From: an uncultured candidatus Porisulfidus sp.
GTDB taxonomy: Bacteria; Pseudomonadota; Gammaproteobacteria; Poriferisulfidales; Oxydemutatoraceae
Assembly (NCBI GenBank): GCA_963693105.1
Contig: OY843752.1
Span: forward strand, 23,315-87,314
Length of the DNA: 64,000 nt
Reading direction: 5' to 3'
Shown here: positions 29,053-37,632 of the stretch, piece after piece
Layout of the letters: each line of letters opens with the position of its first letter
Numbering within the stretch: the stretch's first letter is position 1
Notes under the pieces: model-generated
Database searches by the model: none
Seen by the model: the letters and a program-made list of their open reading frames with translations, nothing else
Told to the model about the DNA's origin: nothing
Made by a program: the position numbers and the translations under genes

Positions 29053-30264
29053 TCAAAGTAGAATGCCTTTCAGGCGCTCCTCGGATTTCTCGCAATACTC
29101 TCTGGATATGTCAATTCCGAGATAATGCCTTCCCGTCATCTTGGAAACGGCGCAAGTCGTTCCGACGCCCGCAAACGGATCCAGAACCACGTCTTCGCGA
29201 TAACTGAACAGTTGAAGTACGCGCCGCGCTAGCTCCTCCGGAAACATCGCGGGGTGGCCGAATTTTTTCATCCTGCGCTCCGGCGCAATCGCCCACTTGC
29301 CGTAAACCCACTTTTTGAAATCATCGCCGACGATGTCTATTTTTTCCCGATCGCCGGCCTTCTTGAGAGAACCCTTGCAGAAAACCTCGATAAATTCCCA
29401 TGAGTATTTGAGATACGGGTTGCTGGGACTCTTCCAACTGCCCCACGCCGTGTACTTGCAATTGTAATTGTTTTTCTCCCACACAATTTCGCCTTTCCAG
29501 ATCATCTTGCGATTGATAAAGTAATTGCCGATGATGTGATGGCTGGGAATATAGTCTGAATAAAGCGGCTGGATATTGACCACGATCCTGCCGCCGTATT
29601 TCAACACACGGATGCACTCATCAAATACGGCAAACAATTTGTCGAAATAACTCTGCCAATAATGGTCGTCCTGCGCCTGATCACCGTACTCCAGCCCGAA
29701 GTTGTACGGCGGGGAAGTGAACACCAAGTCCACGCAATTGTCCGGCAATTTCTTCAGCTCCTCCGCACTGTCGCCACAGAGTATTCTGTCAAGAAACCCG
29801 GGTGGCAACTCATTGTTCTCTTCACAAAATTCGTTGTTTCTTGCGTAATAATACTTGCCCCGGTTCTCTTCTTTTTTTGCCCGGTTCTTTACCTTCCGCT
29901 CTTCGTTATAGCCCACAAAACGCCGTTTGCCGGAATGAAGACCGTAACTGCCGATGGATTCGATTTCCTCACAAACCTGATGCAACAGCGAAGGAGGCTC
30001 TCCGCAGATTTCATGCACTGCGGCTCTCATCGCAACCGTGTCAATCTCCCGTAGCCGGATATGAACCGTTTTCCCTCTCGCAATAATCTGCACCTCATCA
30101 GATCGAAAGCGGCTGTTGAAATCATCAATCTTCCCGGAAACATCCGCCGTAACCGGAGATGGAACAGCGAATGAGAGTTCTTTATAGGACGGTGTTTCTT
30201 CTTGCTGCATTGAATTGAGCGGCTGGCAGGTAACTGCCGCATCCCCTCTGTGGATTCTACACAA
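29053..30264 (-). CDS. DNA methyltransferase, beta-class amino-MTase (N4-cytosine or N6-adenine)
   Basis: Motif IV 'DLVFTSPPY' precedes motif I 'VLDPFAGVGTT' (beta permutation). AT-rich island. The true start may be the internal Met about 17 codons in. Confidence 0.75.
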   Translation of the reverse strand: MCRIHRGDAAVTCQPLNSMQQEETPSYKELSFAVPSPVTADVSGKIDDFNSRFRSDEVQIIARGKTVHIRLREIDTVAMRAAVHEICGEPPSLLHQVCEEIESIGSYGLHSGKRRFVGYNEERKVKNRAKKEENRGKYYYARNNEFCEENNELPPGFLDRILCGDSAEELKKLPDNCVDLVFTSPPYNFGLEYGDQAQDDHYWQSYFDKLFAVFDECIRVLKYGGRIVVNIQPLYSDYIPSHHIIGNYFINRKMIWKGEIVWEKNNYNCKYTAWGSWKSPSNPYLKYSWEFIEVFCKGSLKKAGDREKIDIVGDDFKKWVYGKWAIAPERRMKKFGHPAMFPEELARRVLQLFSYREDVVLDPFAGVGTTCAVSKMTGRHYLGIDISREYCEKSEERLKGILL

Positions 30265-30268
30265 AAAA

Positions 30269-31927
30269 TCAGTATTGCAGTATCAGAAACACCGCCAGCG
30301 CGGCGACGATGGCCATGATAAAAACCGACAACCTCGCGGAATCGCGCCGCGCCAGCGCGGAAAGTTGCAGCCACAGCATCCGGCCGGGGTCGCATCCGCC
30401 GCGCGCCCTTCGCAGCGCCGCGGCCAGCGGCGCTGCGAGCGGGCAAAGCAGCGACGGCAGCCTGCGGTAAAACCAGTCCACATCCAGGCTGATGGTTAAC
30501 GTGCGTTTCAGCAGCGGCAGCATCAGGAAAAAGGCCAGCGCCGACAACAGCAGCAGTTCAAGTTGCGCCGCAACATGCGGGCCGGTATAAGGCGCATAAT
30601 CAACCGGGTACGGCAACAGACCGTACAACAGCGACGGAAAGACACCGATCGCCAGGCACAGCACCGCGAAGAAAATCATCGCCAACTGCATGTTGACCGG
30701 CGGATCATCCGGCTCGTCGCCGGAGGGTTTCCTGCGAAAAAAGACAAACCACGGAAACTTGATTCCGGCGTGCAGAAAAACGCCGGCGGACGCCGCCACC
30801 AGCAAAAACCACGTCCACATCATCGCGGCGCCGTGCGCGGCCTCGCCAATCAGGGCCTTCGACACAAAGCCGGAGGTCAGCGGCATCGCCGAAATCGAGA
30901 CCGCGCCGATGACGCCGCAAATCGTCGTCACCTTCATGGTCGCGTACAGCCCCCCCAGTTCGCTGCATTTTCTGCGTCCGCTCATGTAAAGAACGCTGCC
31001 AGCCGACATCAGCAGCAACGCCTTGTAGATAATGTGCGCGGAAGCGTGGGCGGCGGCGCCGTTGACGGCCAGTTCGGTGCCGATGCCCGCACCCACCACC
31101 ATGAAGCCGACCTGATTGACGATGCTGTAAGCGAGAATGCGGCGCATGTCGTTTTCAAGCAGCGCATAGACAATGCCGTAAAAAATCATGTACAACCCGA
31201 TCGGCACCAGAATATCGGTGCCCGCAAACACCACCAGCAATGCAAACACCGCCGATTTCGTCGTGAACGCGGACAAAAACACCGTGCCGCCGGGGCTGGC
31301 CTCGGGATAGGCGTCGGCCACCCACGCCGACAGCGGCGGCGCGCCGGCGTTCAGCAAAACGCCCGCCAGAATCATCCACTCGTACAACGCATCCGGCGCG
31401 ACCAGCCGCAGGGTGGCGTCGCCGCTCTCGCCGACCAGCCCGGCGATGCCGTAGAGCAAAACCACGCCGCCCAGCGCGTGCAGCAGCATGTAACGCCTGC
31501 CCGCCGCCGCCGACGCCGGCGTCGCCGCCGAAAAAATAATCAATGTCGAGGCAAGCGCCATCAATTCCCAGAAAATGAAAAACGTGATGAAGTCACCGCA
31601 CAGCGAGACCATGACCGCGCTGCCGGCACACAGCGAGGCGCCGGCGAGTTCGCTCTTCTTCGCCTGCCTCATCACAAACATCATGCCGCCGAGAGCCATC
31701 ACCGAGAACGTGACCGCGAACAACCGCCCCAGCGGCGTCACCTGCAGCGGCGTGATGTCGTAGTCCATGAAACGCAAGTGCAGCGCGGCGCCCTCCGGCA
31801 GCAGCGCCGCAAACAGCAGCGTCAGCAACGGCGGCAGCAACAGCCACCTTTTCGCGCCGCCGACAAAACACACCAGCGGCGCCGCCGCCAACATGACGAG
31901 GCCGGGAGGGAAAATCCAGTCCATCAC
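30269..31927 (-). CDS. Mrp/complex-I antiporter-like subunit (MrpD/NuoL/M/N family), third of three paralogues
   Basis: Proton-pumping antiporter signature helices ('TKSAVFALLVVFAG', broken TM helices). Terminal gene of the cluster. Confidence 0.75.
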   Translation of the reverse strand: MMDWIFPPGLVMLAAAPLVCFVGGAKRWLLLPPLLTLLFAALLPEGAALHLRFMDYDITPLQVTPLGRLFAVTFSVMALGGMMFVMRQAKKSELAGASLCAGSAVMVSLCGDFITFFIFWELMALASTLIIFSAATPASAAAGRRYMLLHALGGVVLLYGIAGLVGESGDATLRLVAPDALYEWMILAGVLLNAGAPPLSAWVADAYPEASPGGTVFLSAFTTKSAVFALLVVFAGTDILVPIGLYMIFYGIVYALLENDMRRILAYSIVNQVGFMVVGAGIGTELAVNGAAAHASAHIIYKALLLMSAGSVLYMSGRRKCSELGGLYATMKVTTICGVIGAVSISAMPLTSGFVSKALIGEAAHGAAMMWTWFLLVAASAGVFLHAGIKFPWFVFFRRKPSGDEPDDPPVNMQLAMIFFAVLCLAIGVFPSLLYGLLPYPVDYAPYTGPHVAAQLELLLLSALAFFLMLPLLKRTLTISLDVDWFYRRLPSLLCPLAAPLAAALRRARGGCDPGRMLWLQLSALARRDSARLSVFIMAIVAALAVFLILQY

Positions 31928-31933
31928 CGCCGC

Positions 31934-32212
31934 TTACCCGTCGCCGCGCCCGTCATAATAGTCGTCCTTTCTCTTGAGGAACCAGCCCAGCGCCAGTGCC
32001 ACGACGATCAGCACGACACAGCTGGCGAAACCGAACCAGGCATAAAAGCCGAAACCAAAATCGGAGAAGCCGCCGACCAGAAACTCCAGCAGAACAATCA
32101 GGACGACACCTGCTCCAATCGCAGGCAGCGGAGGCTTTAATCCCACGATGTATCTCCCACCCCAATCGCGGGCAGCGGAGGTTTTAATCCCACGATGTAT
32201 CTCCCACCCCAA
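31934..32212 (-). pseudogene. Small membrane-protein gene between two MrpD-like genes, apparently frame-disrupted by the 47-bp tandem repeat
   Basis: The listed 92-aa ORF (TTG start inside the repeat) has a hydrophobic C-terminal two-thirds. A short ATG-initiated ORF 'MNWKPPLPAIGVGDTSWD*' overlaps the upstream gene stop (ATGA) and shares 'KPPLPAIG' with it in another frame. Confidence 0.3.
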
Positions 32213-32231
32213 TCGCGGGCAGCGGAGGTTT
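32124..32231. repeat. Tandem direct repeat, 47-bp unit x 2.3 copies (1 mismatch)
   Basis: Copy 1 at 32124-32170 and copy 2 at 32171-32217, 'ggcagcggagg(c/t)tttaatcccacgatgtatctcccaccccaatcgcg'. Partial third copy at 32218-32231. Confidence 0.85.
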
Positions 32232-32236
32232 CCAGT

Positions 32237-33724
32237 TCATGGCGCGTCTCCGGCGTTGCCGGCGGCGAAACCCGGAGCCCCGGCGATGAACCCGGCAATG
32301 CTGTCCACCGCGAAAAACAGCACGGCGCACATCAGCGCCGGCAACAGCATCGCAATCAGCATCGCCGCCGGCGCCTCGTTGCGCGCCACGGGAGCCGGCG
32401 CGGCCTGCGTGAAGAAAGCGCGGTAAATCACCGGCACGAGGTAGGCCGCGCTCAATACGCTGCCCGCGACCAGCACCGCCGCGGGAAGATACCCGCCGAC
32501 CGCGACCGAACCTTCGAGCAGAAACCACTTGCTGCTGAAACCGGCCAGCGGCGGCAAACCGATGATTACAAGCGAGCCGACGGTGAACAATCCCATCGTC
32601 CACGGCATGGTGCGGCCGATTCCGCCCAGTTCATCCAGCCGGGTTTTGCCGCTCGCCGTCTGAATAGCGCCCGCCGCGAAAAACAGCGTGATCTTGCCGA
32701 AGCCGTGCGCCAGCAGATGCAGCACCGCGCCCAGCAGCGCCGCCGGTTTCAGCAGCGCGGCGCCGAGAAGAATATAAGAAAGCTGGCTGACGGTCGAATA
32801 GGCGAGCAGTTTCTTCAGACTGCTCTGCCGCAGCGCGATGATCGAGGCGGCGATGATGGTAAAAGAGGCGATGTACACAAGCCATTCACCGGCGCCGGCG
32901 CCGGCCAGCAGATCAACGCCGAAAATATAGAGGATGACCTTGACTATCGTGAAGACACCGGCCTTGACCACGGCAACCGCGTGCAGCAGCGCGCTGACCG
33001 GCACCGGCGCGACCATCGCCCGCGGCAGCCAGCAGTGCAGCGGCATCACCGCGGCTTTCGAGGCGCCGAAGACGACCAGCAGCAGCAGCCATTTGACCTG
33101 CGCGTCCTCAAGGTGTCCGTCCAGTATGCCGCCGGACACGAAATCCAACGTCCCCGCGGCGTGATAAATCCACACCAGCGCGGCCAGCAGCAACACCGTC
33201 GAGGAACCGACCAGAATGCCCAGATAAATCCTGCCCGCCGACAGCGCCTCGCGGCTCTTGCCGTGCGTCACCAGCGGATACGTGCAAAGCGTCAGCACCT
33301 CGTAGAATATGAACAGCGTCAGCAGGTTGCCGGCGAACGCGACCGCCAGGGCGCAGCCGATGGCCAGGTTGTAATACACCAGAAACGACGTCATCCCGGG
33401 CACGCGGTTCTGGTAGAGATACGCCAGCGAATACAGCATGCTGACCGGCCACAGCAAACACACCAGGCCGGCGAAAATCAGGCCCACCGGCTCCGGCTCG
33501 AATGCGATGCCGGCGCCGGGCACGATTTCCGTCAGTTGCAGCGTCACCGGCGCGTCCGCCAGCATCACCAGCGCCGCCAGTGAAACAAAAGGCGCCAGCA
33601 GGTTCAGCGTGTCCCTCACCACGGGCATGCCGTGGAACAGCACCGTCAGCGCGGCCAGCACGAAAGGACTCGCCATGCACGCAATCAGCAGGGTCTCGTT
33701 CGTCATTGTGATCATCATCGTCAT
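32237..33724 (-). CDS. Mrp antiporter-like subunit D/NuoN family, paralogue 2
   Basis: Polytopic, conserved 'LAYS(T/S)V(S/A)Q' region. The overlapping plus/minus Arg-rich ORFs are rejected. Confidence 0.75.
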   Translation of the reverse strand: MTMMITMTNETLLIACMASPFVLAALTVLFHGMPVVRDTLNLLAPFVSLAALVMLADAPVTLQLTEIVPGAGIAFEPEPVGLIFAGLVCLLWPVSMLYSLAYLYQNRVPGMTSFLVYYNLAIGCALAVAFAGNLLTLFIFYEVLTLCTYPLVTHGKSREALSAGRIYLGILVGSSTVLLLAALVWIYHAAGTLDFVSGGILDGHLEDAQVKWLLLLVVFGASKAAVMPLHCWLPRAMVAPVPVSALLHAVAVVKAGVFTIVKVILYIFGVDLLAGAGAGEWLVYIASFTIIAASIIALRQSSLKKLLAYSTVSQLSYILLGAALLKPAALLGAVLHLLAHGFGKITLFFAAGAIQTASGKTRLDELGGIGRTMPWTMGLFTVGSLVIIGLPPLAGFSSKWFLLEGSVAVGGYLPAAVLVAGSVLSAAYLVPVIYRAFFTQAAPAPVARNEAPAAMLIAMLLPALMCAVLFFAVDSIAGFIAGAPGFAAGNAGDAP

Positions 33725-33727
33725 CGG

Positions 33728-35197
33728 TCAGCGCAGCAGCGTCTCGGCGATGTCGAGACAGGCTCGCGTCAACCACGACGGATTGACGCCGACAAAAAAA
33801 TTCACGGCGATGAGCGCCCAGGTCGTCAACAGCATCGCCGGCGGCGCTTCGCCGGCCTCGCCGGCCTCGCTCTGCCGGAAATAAGCGGCCTCCACCAGCC
33901 GCCAGCCGTAAGCCACACTCAACAGCGAACCGGCGAGGATGACAAACGCCAGCAGCCACAGGTTCATCTCCAGCACGGCGCTGACCAGATACCACTTGCT
34001 GACAAAACCCGAGGTCAGCGGTATGCCGACCAGGCTGACGACGCCGGCGACGATGGCCGCCGCCGTCCACGGCATGCGCTTCGACAGCCCGGCAAGGTCG
34101 GAAAGGCTGCAACCGCCCGCGCGGTAAGCGATGCAGCCGAGCGCCATGAACAACGAGACCTTGATGATCGCGTGGTTGAAAACGTGTATCAGGCCGGCGG
34201 CGACGCCGGCCTGCGTGGCCAGGCCGATGCCGAGCGCGATGTAGCCGATTTGCGCGACGCTGGAATAAGCCATCATGCGCTTGACCTGGTGCTGGAAGAA
34301 GGCGAGGCCGGAGCCGGCCACAATGGCGGCGGGCGCCAGCACCAGCATGATGTCCGGCAGCGCCGCCGGGAACGAGGCGGCGTCGAAGACCTCGAACAAA
34401 AGGCGAATCAATACGTAGAGCGCGACTTTCGTGCTGGTGCCGGAAAGAACCGCGGCGATGGCCGACGGCGCGTGGGCGTAGGCGTTCGGCAGCCACAGGT
34501 GCAGCGGGAAAAGCGCGGCCTTCAGCAACAGCCCGACGCCGATGAAACCGAGCGCGGCGAGAACGGCGGGGGAGCCCAGCAGCGGTTGCAGCCGCGGCGC
34601 CATGTCCGACAGGTTCAACGTGCCGGTCACCAGATAGAGATAACCGATGCCGAGAAGAAACAGCGCCGCGCCGGTGGTCCCCATCAACAGGTAGCGGTAG
34701 GCCGCGGTCAGCGCGCGCGGCGCGCGCGCCGACGCCACCAGCGCGTAGCCCGCGATCGAGGCCATTTCCAGGAACACGAAGATATTGAACAAGTCGTCGG
34801 TCATGGCGACGCCGAAAAAACCGGACTGGCAAATCAGCAGCGCGCTGTAAACCGGGCCAAGGCGGCGCCCGCAAAGCTCCTTGTCGAAACTGCGCCGGGC
34901 GTAAACAACGCCGCCCAGAAAGACCGTGCTCAACATCAGCACCATCAACGCATTGATCTGCGCCACCTTGTAGGCAATCCCCCACGGCGGCGCCCAGCCG
35001 CCGATGGCGTACTCCAGCACCAGGCCCTCGCCGGTGCGCACAAACAGCGCGACACTGAACACAAACGCGGCGACGCTGACAACCAGCACCATCCGCCACA
35101 CCAGGCGGTCGTCTCGCACCAGCAGGCCAAGCGCCGCGCCGAGCAACGGCAGCACCACCAGCAGAACCGGCAATTGGAGAAGCAGCGCGTCGTTCAT
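33728..35197 (-). CDS. Mrp antiporter-like subunit D/NuoM family, paralogue 1
   Basis: 'MMAYSSVAQIGYIALG', 'HLWLPNAY' motifs typical of MrpD/NuoM. Confidence 0.75.
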   Translation of the reverse strand: MNDALLLQLPVLLVVLPLLGAALGLLVRDDRLVWRMVLVVSVAAFVFSVALFVRTGEGLVLEYAIGGWAPPWGIAYKVAQINALMVLMLSTVFLGGVVYARRSFDKELCGRRLGPVYSALLICQSGFFGVAMTDDLFNIFVFLEMASIAGYALVASARAPRALTAAYRYLLMGTTGAALFLLGIGYLYLVTGTLNLSDMAPRLQPLLGSPAVLAALGFIGVGLLLKAALFPLHLWLPNAYAHAPSAIAAVLSGTSTKVALYVLIRLLFEVFDAASFPAALPDIMLVLAPAAIVAGSGLAFFQHQVKRMMAYSSVAQIGYIALGIGLATQAGVAAGLIHVFNHAIIKVSLFMALGCIAYRAGGCSLSDLAGLSKRMPWTAAAIVAGVVSLVGIPLTSGFVSKWYLVSAVLEMNLWLLAFVILAGSLLSVAYGWRLVEAAYFRQSEAGEAGEAPPAMLLTTWALIAVNFFVGVNPSWLTRACLDIAETLLR

Positions 35198-35209
35198 CGG
35201 CCCGGCCGT

Positions 35210-35572
35210 TCAGTCGTCCTCGTATTCGAGGTCGCCGATCAGGCGCTCGTCGAGACTGCCGTAAACCCGGCTGATGCGGATGGCAAGCGCCAGTCCCAGC
35301 GCGGTGGAGGCGACGGCGACGACTATCGCCGTCAGAATCAGCACGTGCGGCAGCGGGTTGGAATACACCGTGACTTCGGGCGTCAGAATCGGCGCGCTGC
35401 CGCCGCCGACCTTGCCCATCAATATAAAGAAGATGAAAATCGAAACCTGGAACAGGTTCAGCCCGATCAGTTTCTTCACCAGATTGTCGTAAGCGATCAT
35501 GATGTAGATGCCCGTCATCATCAGGAAGACGACGGCGAGATGGTGGTAGCCCTGCAGCAGATTCTCGATCAT
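35210..35572 (-). CDS. mrpC: Mrp subunit C (NuoK-like)
   Basis: 120 aa, 3 TM, 'LTAIVVAVASTALGLALAIRI' NuoK/MnhC-like. Confidence 0.75.
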   Translation of the reverse strand: MIENLLQGYHHLAVVFLMMTGIYIMIAYDNLVKKLIGLNLFQVSIFIFFILMGKVGGGSAPILTPEVTVYSNPLPHVLILTAIVVAVASTALGLALAIRISRVYGSLDERLIGDLEYEDD

Positions 35573-36039
35573 GCCGAGTCGCTCGCGTCCATCAACAGGT
35601 AAAAAATCAGCATGACGACGCCGACGATGGTGACGCCGATGCCGAGTTCGATGGCGAAGATGCCGATGTGCTGCCCCGACAGGGGCTGCTGCGCGAGCGC
35701 CGCATAGTCGAGGAAAGCACCGCCCCTCAGCAGGGCGGCGACGCCGGTCAGCGCGTAGAGCAAGACGCCAAGCGCGGACAGCACCTCGGCCGTGCGCCGC
35801 GACAAAACCGCCGACGCCTTCTCGACGCCGTAGATCAGCGCGTACAGAACCAGGCCGACGGAGAAAATGACGCCGGCCTGAAAACCGCCGCCCGGACCGA
35901 AATCGCCGTGGAACTGCACATACAGCGCGTAGAGCAACGTCGTCGGCACCAGCGTGTGGGCGGTTTCGCGCAGAATCGGGTTTTGGGTGATGAAGGCCAG
36001 GTCACTCCTCCCCGCGCTGTTCAAACAAGCCCAGCACAA
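35569..36039 (-). CDS. mrpB: Mrp subunit B (MnhB domain)
   Basis: 'HGDFGPGGGFQAGVIFS' MnhB signature. The true start may lie downstream of the listed one. Confidence 0.7.
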   Translation of the reverse strand: MCWACLNSAGRSDLAFITQNPILRETAHTLVPTTLLYALYVQFHGDFGPGGGFQAGVIFSVGLVLYALIYGVEKASAVLSRRTAEVLSALGVLLYALTGVAALLRGGAFLDYAALAQQPLSGQHIGIFAIELGIGVTIVGVVMLIFYLLMDASDSA

Positions 36040-36541
36040 TCAGGACGCCGACGCCGGCGGTGAAAATCACGCAGACCTCCCCCAGCGTGTCGAGACCCCG
36101 GTAACTCGCCAGCACCGACGTGACCACGTTGGGCGGCCCGACTTCGGCGGCCGAATGTTCAAGGTAGTGGCGCGCGACATGATCGTGCAGCGCCAGCGAC
36201 GCGTCGCCCAGCCAGGGGAAATCCAGCATCGAGTAGAACAGCAGCCAGCCGGTGGCCGCCGCCAACGTCAGCCCCAGCACCTTGCGCGACGCCGCGTAGG
36301 CGTACTGTTTGCCGGTGGCGGCGATGGTCGTCAGAAAGAAAATCGTGCTGATGCCGGCGCCGACGGCGGCCTCAGTGAAGGCGACATCGGGCGCGTCCAG
36401 CGACAGGAACAGCGCCGCCGTCAGCAGGCTCGACATGCCCGCCAGAAAAGCCGCGGAAAACAGGTTGTCGGTTCTGGCAATGATGACCGCCGCGACGGCC
36501 GACAGCGACAACAACGCGCATCCAAGCAGTTGGCCGCTCAT
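36002..36541 (-). CDS. MrpB-like N-terminal module (DUF4040/MbhD-E-like small membrane subunit)
   Basis: Hydrophobic 4-TM protein. Start chosen at the Met forming an ATGA overlap with the mrpG stop; the listed ORF extends to 36652. Confidence 0.5.
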   Translation of the reverse strand: MSGQLLGCALLSLSAVAAVIIARTDNLFSAAFLAGMSSLLTAALFLSLDAPDVAFTEAAVGAGISTIFFLTTIAATGKQYAYAASRKVLGLTLAAATGWLLFYSMLDFPWLGDASLALHDHVARHYLEHSAAEVGPPNVVTSVLASYRGLDTLGEVCVIFTAGVGVLIVLGLFEQRGEE

Positions 36542-36828
36542 GGTTCCGGGTAACTTTGCAGATAGGTTTTGAAAATCGCATGGATCGCCGCCGGCGCGGT
36601 AATCAGCAAAAACACGATGATCAGCGTAATCTTCAGCGCGACCATTCCCCACCCCGATTGCAGCGCCAGCGCGATGAGGATTTGCAGCGTGCCGAACACA
36701 TCAATCAGCCCGGCGGCGTGCGCGCGCGTCGTGAAATCCGGCATCCGCAGCATGCCGACGGCGCCGATCAGGATAAAGGCGCAGCCTGAAACCGCCAGCA
36801 CCCAGGCGGCGGCGTCAACCAGGTTCAT
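36538..36828 (-). CDS. mrpG: Mrp subunit G
   Basis: 96 aa, 3 TM, 'LRMPDFTTRAHAAG' PhaG/MnhG-like. Confidence 0.65.
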   Translation of the reverse strand: MNLVDAAAWVLAVSGCAFILIGAVGMLRMPDFTTRAHAAGLIDVFGTLQILIALALQSGWGMVALKITLIIVFLLITAPAAIHAIFKTYLQSYPEP

Positions 36829-37150
36829 CGCCGCCCTCCCGCAGGGCCGGCCACCTCAGCCGGCGCTTGCTGAACAATCTCAAAATGGCGATGGTCGCGA
36901 CAAAATTCACCAGCGCGTAGAGCAGCGCGATGTCCACGAAAACATCGCGCCGCGACAGCAGCCCGATGCCGGCAATCAGCGCAATCGAGAGCGTTCCGAA
37001 AACGTTGATTGCAAGCACCTGGTCAAACAGGCGCCGCGCGCGCGCGGTGTGTATCAACACCAGCAACATCGCCAGCAGCAGCACGCCCAGTACCATGCCC
37101 AGTATCATGTCCAATGTCATGTCCAACATCCCGTCCGCGCCATCCGTCAC
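36815..37150 (-). CDS. mrpF: Mrp subunit F
   Basis: About 110 aa, 3 TM small subunit in the expected position. Confidence 0.6.
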   Translation of the reverse strand: MTDGADGMLDMTLDMILGMVLGVLLLAMLLVLIHTARARRLFDQVLAINVFGTLSIALIAGIGLLSRRDVFVDIALLYALVNFVATIAILRLFSKRRLRWPALREGGDEPG

Positions 37151-37632
37151 CCCAGCCGCGAGACCTGCTTTGCGAATTCGCCCTTGCGCGCTCTCTCCGC
37201 CGCCTCTTCCGTCAGCGCGTGCACCCGGATTGTGTCGCCCCGGAAATCGGCGCTGATGGTGCCGGGCGTCAGCGTGATCGAGTTGGCCTGGACGACGCGC
37301 AACAGACCGTCGTCGCGCACCGCCTCGATGTCAATAAAACGCGGGCTGATGGGCAGTTTCGGGTTCAGAATTCTGCGCGCCACGTCGCAGTTGGCGGCGA
37401 CAATCCGCCACAACAGCCAGACCGCGTAAAACGGCAGCCTCAGATAAAAGCCGGGGCGGTGCTGGCCGGCGCCGATGACCCCCATGCGCGACGACAGCGC
37501 CGTCACCAGCGCCGCGCTGGCCGCCCCCAGCGAGACCATCAGCGCAGCGTAATGGCCGGAGATGGCGAGCCAGAAGCCCAGCAACAGCAGGAAAACAAAA
37601 AAGCGTCTGGGATGGTTTGCGGATGCGTTCAT
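37147..37632 (-). CDS. mrpE: Mrp subunit E
   Basis: 161 aa MnhE-like. Start forms an ATGA overlap with the hemY stop. Confidence 0.65.
   Translation of the reverse strand: MNASANHPRRFFVFLLLLGFWLAISGHYAALMVSLGAASAALVTALSSRMGVIGAGQHRPGFYLRLPFYAVWLLWRIVAANCDVARRILNPKLPISPRFIDIEAVRDDGLLRVVQANSITLTPGTISADFRGDTIRVHALTEEAAERARKGEFAKQVSRLG

Noticed and set aside
31953-32165. 70-aa alternative-frame ORF beginning with the same 'MGWEIHRGIK' as the 92-aa ORF
   Set aside because: Produced by the second copy of the 47-bp repeat. Downstream translation is Arg/Cys-rich junk; only the hydrophobic frame is plausible.
32124-32231. Possibility that the 47-bp tandem repeat is a CRISPR array
   Set aside because: Copies are directly adjacent with no spacers, the unit is not palindromic, and there are only 2.3 copies. 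This is a tandem duplication or minisatellite, not a CRISPR.
30563-35602. Plus-strand ORFs of 525, 462 and 656 aa and the minus-frame 663-aa ORF over the mrpD paralogues
   Set aside because: Arg/Gln/His-rich, non-hydrophobic translations overlapping bona fide polytopic antiporter genes in other frames.
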